Of a stretch of 64,000 nucleotides of DNA, positions 59,073 to 64,000 are shown piece after piece. Origin of the DNA: Dicyema japonicum. Its lineage: Eukaryota > Animalia > Dicyemida. The translations under genes and the position numbers were made by a program. The stretch lies in contig RDEW01000008.1 of assembly GCA_011109175.1 (NCBI GenBank), forward strand, positions 1,555,447-1,619,446, read 5' to 3'. Each line of letters begins with the position of its first letter. Position 1 is the stretch's first letter. The notes beneath the pieces were generated by a model. That model was not told the DNA's origin. It did no database searches and saw only the letters and a list, made by a program, of their open reading frames with translations.

Positions 59073-59939
59073 ATTTAAAATATACTTATTTAGTCTACGA
59101 GTGGTGCCCATGACAATAAATGACATTAAAATCATCTTTTCAAAATTATTTGATCGATTAATCATCGATCATAAATAATGTAAATTTGGACAGCAAAAGT
59201 TACCAAAATACGCACAATACCACTAAACTGAAAAAATCAAGAAAAGTTAAATTCAAAATTGATTTATTCCCTTTTTATAAACGAATAACTACACAGACCT
59301 GTCATTTCACCCACTCCACTCTTTGTTCATTCAAATAATGGCCATACACCTCAGCATACTGTCGTCAGCTCCAACAAACGATAAAATACTGATGTTAATT
59401 CCTTTTGCAGAGTACTAGCTTCTTGCATGTAATCGTCTAGCACGTCCTATAGGATCTCCTTAGACACACATGAGTAATATTCAATTCAAAAATCATGGAT
59501 GATCAATTCAAGAGACATTACCCTAAGAAATCCTCCAAATCACAATATAGGTAATTTTAAGAAAATATGGTAGTAGAAGTGACAAACTCGTTTACTTAAA
59601 TATCTTTAGTCATTAATGCTAATTATAGAAGCACGACTCAAGATGATGCAAATTCAATCTTAATTGCTCTTGAAAGGAAATAAGCCATAAAGCATACATT
59701 AAGTCAATTAGCTAGACAATAACTCAAACATAGACGAGAAGAATGAGCAGAGATGGTACCCGAACCATAAATACCACAAATCCATACTACCCCACCCCCC
59801 GCAGATTAATCTTCAATTAATGGCTCTTTAAAGCTGCCATATAAAGAACAATCGATACAACAAGCCAGATAACAGGAGCGATAATTATAATATAAAAATT
59901 TTATTATAAGACATATAAATATACTCATCGTCGGCTTCT

Positions 59940-60605
59940 TCAGGCAAAAATCCCATGTGAGGGTTCGTTGTCCTCAAAGTCTTCGTAACATTCGAGGAAT
60001 CCATTAAAACGCCTTTTCTGAGGATTCGGGGACCTCGGAGAAATGTTAGGGAGGGAATTAAAGGAGTAGCTACTATCAGTGGTATTATTCGTAATGTCTA
60101 AGATCCCACTGACCCTTTGATTTGACATCCTGCCCTTCAAACCGAGCACTTTTGAATCAGAGAAAACATCTTGTTTATTTTCTTCATCAAGCGTAAAATT
60201 GAAAAAGCTTCCACCTTTACCAACAAACTCTCCCAAATGGATAAAAACGGATTCCTCCTTTTTGTCATCCCTTTGACAAGAAGTAGTTGTTTCTTTGATC
60301 GGATGCCCATTGATCTGGCATTTGAGGTCATTGGAAAATTTGTCATCAACTCGATGTTTGTCGAAACATCCGATTTTGTGCATTATCCGTAATCTTTCAA
60401 GTTCTATTCCTTCTGGGTTTTCATTAAAGGTTTTCTTCCTCCATTTCCAACCCAAAATTTTATCAATCCGATCACACCGTAAGTTGGGTCTGAGAGCAGG
60501 GATTGGTTTGATTGGATCCGGGTCAAGCTTAACAGGTTTAGTCCGAATGAACAGAAACTGCTGACAATCGCTCATCAAGTATGGGGTTACGCGTTGTTTC
60601 GGCAT
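59940..60605 (-). CDS. Uncharacterised protein, probably the terminal exon of a longer gene extending towards about 61500
   Basis: 221-aa uninterrupted ORF with no transposon motif recognised. Upstream short coding-like blocks could be mini-intron-separated exons. Confidence 0.5.
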   Translation of the reverse strand: MPKQRVTPYLMSDCQQFLFIRTKPVKLDPDPIKPIPALRPNLRCDRIDKILGWKWRKKTFNENPEGIELERLRIMHKIGCFDKHRVDDKFSNDLKCQINGHPIKETTTSCQRDDKKEESVFIHLGEFVGKGGSFFNFTLDEENKQDVFSDSKVLGLKGRMSNQRVSGILDITNNTTDSSYSFNSLPNISPRSPNPQKRRFNGFLECYEDFEDNEPSHGIFA

Positions 60606-61719
60606 TTAAACGATGTAATCAATACGTAGCGCGTCTCGTAATTGTCTTGCAGAATCATTAACGGTGTTTATCAGTGCTTTTACAAACGGACTATATTACT
60701 AACTCTCATTAACAAAATTATTGGATCAGAACGACGGACTGAGTGGCTAATTAAGATATCTACAAAACCTTTTGATAAACCCAAACCTTACTATTTGTCT
60801 CTGTTGTCAATTTAAGGGGCATTTTGGATCCGTAATTACTCAGGGATTAAATTTAAGCAACAAAATCTACAATATAAGCGAAAAATAGACATGACGTTCC
60901 AAATATAATCCTTCTTTATCAAAGCAGTTTTATCATTGAAATCGATTATTCAATTAAACTATGACTAAATTTGGCGAGATAAGTTTGATCGTAATCCTTA
61001 AGTGGTCCTCAATGTTGCGTAATCATCACTTTATGAAATTCTCTGAATCAGCCAATAAAACCCCATTTGTTAACATTTCTATTGTTATGTTGATTGAATT
61101 TGATAAGTAATTATGAATAAATGAAAAACGATACTTTTTTTAGTAATTTCACTTGTACTTAAGCAGCTTAAGCAAACAGGAGACTTAGCATGCGGAAGGG
61201 AGAGGTTGACCTCATAAAATAGGCTCAAATTACTTAGACACTGCTAAACTCATTAAAAATGATCGCATTAAATTTTCTAATAATAGACGAATAATAATCC
61301 CTAGTATATGCTTGTTCATATTCTCAATTAAATCAAAAGAAACGTAAAAATTGAGCTTCTCCCGAAATTCCAACAGTTCTTGAGAGCTAATTATATCGAT
61401 CTTTTTCAAGATTAAGTTTTTTAACAACAAAAATGATGATTGACTCTTCGAATTAGCTTATTTGACTCAATTTATCACTAAAAGTAGAAAAAAGACCTAT
61501 TGTACGAGATGGCTACTTCACTCGGCAATATATGAAAGCGCATGTCTTCCTTCGTCTCATGGGCATGGGCGAGGTGGATTCATAAGACATCAGAAACCCA
61601 AAGTTCTAAACAAAGGGACTGTTTGATGTAATAAGTATCTAGATTTGAGTTCATGTGTCCGAAGATGCACACATAAGACGGTAGTTAAAATAAATTATTA
61701 ACCCCAGTTTCGCTAACCG

Positions 61720-63750
61720 GCAAATAACTTGTCTTTAAGAAAGGCCCTCCCAGAGATCCATTACTTTCACGCCCTGGTAGTCCATGGCAAGCAAAGAGAT
61801 TCTGAACTACTCTCCCTACCAGAGACGCATGATGTAAACGAGAAAGTCCACTTTGACGGCTCTTAGAAGAAGCAGTCCTGAAGCGCTAATCTCAGGAGGT
61901 CTGCGTTCCAGTATCTTATTCTCTCTGATGGTTCGTATGGCACTCGTAGACAGAAAATCATGCATACTTTTATTCCAGGTTTGGTCTTTCGCCGGAGGTG
62001 AGATTTTCCTTAGTGTTTTTGGAAATAAGTGAATGTTCTAAATATTTTCCCGCGTTAGTGGATTCAAGTAATCGGAAGATTGAGTGGTTTGGGTCAAGTG
62101 ATTGTCTGAGATATTGTTAATTCTTCATTTCAAGGTGGTCACCCAAAGAGGGGAGAGTGATAGAAATGAAACTCAACTTGGGGAGGTATAATTCAGTGTC
62201 GTCCTGATGAATTGCCTGTACAGGAACTTTAGACACTCCTTTTGTTGGCCATTAGAGTTACCAGAAGATATTTGATTTTCACTTTGCTGCAGTGCAAAGT
62301 TGTTCAATGTGCTTATTAAAAGTGGAATGATGTGACATACATGACTTGGAGGATTTTAGAATATCTAACCACTGGAGAAGTTCGTTGTTGAGGTAGATAT
62401 TAGGACAGTGGTTGAATTGACTCCGATCTGTTGTAAATAGTGTTATTGATGGTTTCGAATTGGATAGATACATCCAGTTTGTGATCATCAAGTCGGAAAA
62501 TAAATTCAAATGTGTTTTGACATAATGAGGGCAATTAAATGTTTTTATCCTTTGATGCAATTATTAGGTCATCGGCGTGTCATAGAAGGACCGCTGAGGT
62601 AGATATAAATATTGAAAGTGAAAGAACAGATCTCTGAGGAACATCGCTGAGGAGGTGGCGAAAATGGACATATGAGAAGTTCGACCCAATCTTCCGGAAA
62701 GGAAATTTTTGAGCCAGGACAGCCAAATTTGAGGAATATTTGATTAACTGATCTTATTTGAGGCTTTTGCCGAATCGATTGAATCCAGAAAAGTTCTTTC
62801 GAGGTGTTTGGCATTTTTAAAACACCGACAATAAACTGCGTCAAAGTGGAGAGATGAGAGGTTGTCGAGTGAAGGGGACGAAAGCTATGTTGTGATTTGG
62901 ATACATGAGTGGCTCGAAATCTCGTTCAAGACTATTCTTTCTAAAATCTTCGTTACAACTGAGGAAAAGAAATAGGTCTGTAAGAGGAAAAAAAGGTGGT
63001 TGTTTTTGAGTACGGGAATAATAATAGATTTCTTCCATAACATAGAGATGAAACATGAGTTGACCATGGAGTTCGTTAGGTCTGAGATGTTTCAAGTGGA
63101 GGATAAATAGGCCATCGGAGCCTTTGGCAGGAGAGCTGCGCGCATTTTGGATCAAGTTATAAATTGTTGTCCCAAAATCATTGGGTTAAAGAGAGATTCT
63201 CTTAGTCAACAAAGTTATCAAAAGGGAAGTCTAAAGGGTTGTTCTATGTCAAACACGGAAACGCGAAGCGTCCTGAACAAAGTAGTTTTTCATGGCCATG
63301 TTCGCTGGGCTCCCCGGGTTCAGACGAAGACAAGTTCTTTTCTTTTCCAGGTACTAGAGAGCCCCTGATATTGAACGTCAAGAAGGAGTAGTCTAATAAT
63401 TGAATTCTACGTTTTCCAGACATAGTGTTCAAGAGCCACGTCACCAGCTCAACCAAAATCTTCTCGTATCTCGGGTGGATTTTGAGCTATTTGATAAAAG
63501 TGTCGTAGAAGAGGCTGGTTGATAGGTTGGCCATCGTCACGAATTTTCGTTTTTGTTCAAGTAGAAGTGCTTCAAGAGTCGTAGACTAGGAATTAAGGTT
63601 CATGACTCTGTTGATGGTTTTAAGGATTTTGGTCAACTTGTGCATGGAAGAACATGAAATGACCATTGTCAACGATGAACTTGCGTGCGTAAATCAATAT
63701 TGGTTGACAAATTGGAGGTATATGAATGTGAGGAAACAAAAGTTGTTAAA
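61720..63750 (-). mobile_element. Decayed APE-type LINE (EN-RT-C terminus)
   Basis: FLTFNIRG (APE start), AKGSDGLFILHLKHL, WKKSIIIPVLK, KILERIVL, SITLFTTDR. Confidence 0.8.
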
Positions 63751-63779
63751 ATTTTTATAAAAAGAATTGAATTTCCGGC

Positions 63780-64000
63780 TCTGAAGCACGAAGCCATCAA
63801 CGAGGTTGTGAAGCGCTCTCTTCAGGCGGCTGAATTCCCGTCGTCACTGGTACCGGTGGGCCTGGATCGTGGAGATGGAAAGCGCCCATACGGGATAACT
63901 GTCTTCCCTTCTCTAGGAGGGAAATGCTTGATTTGGAATGGGTCATGTACCACACCTTGTCCCAGTCGAGATTTGCTGGTTCTGAGTCGAAAGCTGGGAA
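63780..64000 (+). mobile_element. CRE-like RLE non-LTR retrotransposon fragment
   Basis: HEAINEVVKRSLQAAEFPSSLVPVGLDRGDGKRPYGITVFP…GKCLIW matches the RH..lN…EP.GL.R.DGKRPDG.T..PW..G..L.WD signature. Confidence 0.75.

Noticed and set aside
1-64000. Prokaryotic or microsporidian origin, or a non-standard genetic code
   Set aside because: The genes are intron-rich and metazoan-type. In-frame stops are explained by mini-introns, and TAA, TAG and TGA all terminate genes (Rho and TRPM, RFX, SYF2).

Overview
AT-rich eukaryotic, almost certainly animal, nuclear DNA. Compact host genes sit as islands among decayed transposons. Recognisable genes: SCaMC/SLC25A23-25-type carrier, Shaker-type Kv channel, SYF2, RFX, a Rho GTPase, TRPM (TRPM2-like but without NUDT9-H), a PACSIN-like F-BAR/SH3 protein and NCKX/SLC24, plus two orphan ORF clusters. 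Nearly every intron I could define is a 21-28 nt GT-AG mini-intron, as described for dicyemid mesozoans (taxon is inference). Intergenic DNA holds many APE-type (Ingi/Vingi-like) LINE remnants, RLE-type and RTE-like LINE remnants, a tRNA-derived SINE family, hAT and pogo fragments, and a MITE. The most striking system is the Ingi-like LINE radiation. About 17 element ends from several diverged subfamilies share a covarying 3'-terminal RNA hairpin whose 5' arm is the last codons of the ORF (…G-I-T-stop). One long copy has a perfect 2A 'StopGo' motif (CGDVEENPGP) before its endonuclease. Short non-autonomous derivatives carry the same 3' hairpin plus a 5' head containing a covarying, HDV-ribozyme-like nested pseudoknot with a non-canonical core. 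Several conserved genes have single-base homopolymer frameshifts, probably assembly errors. All structures and alignments were done by eye and coordinates of decayed elements are approximate.
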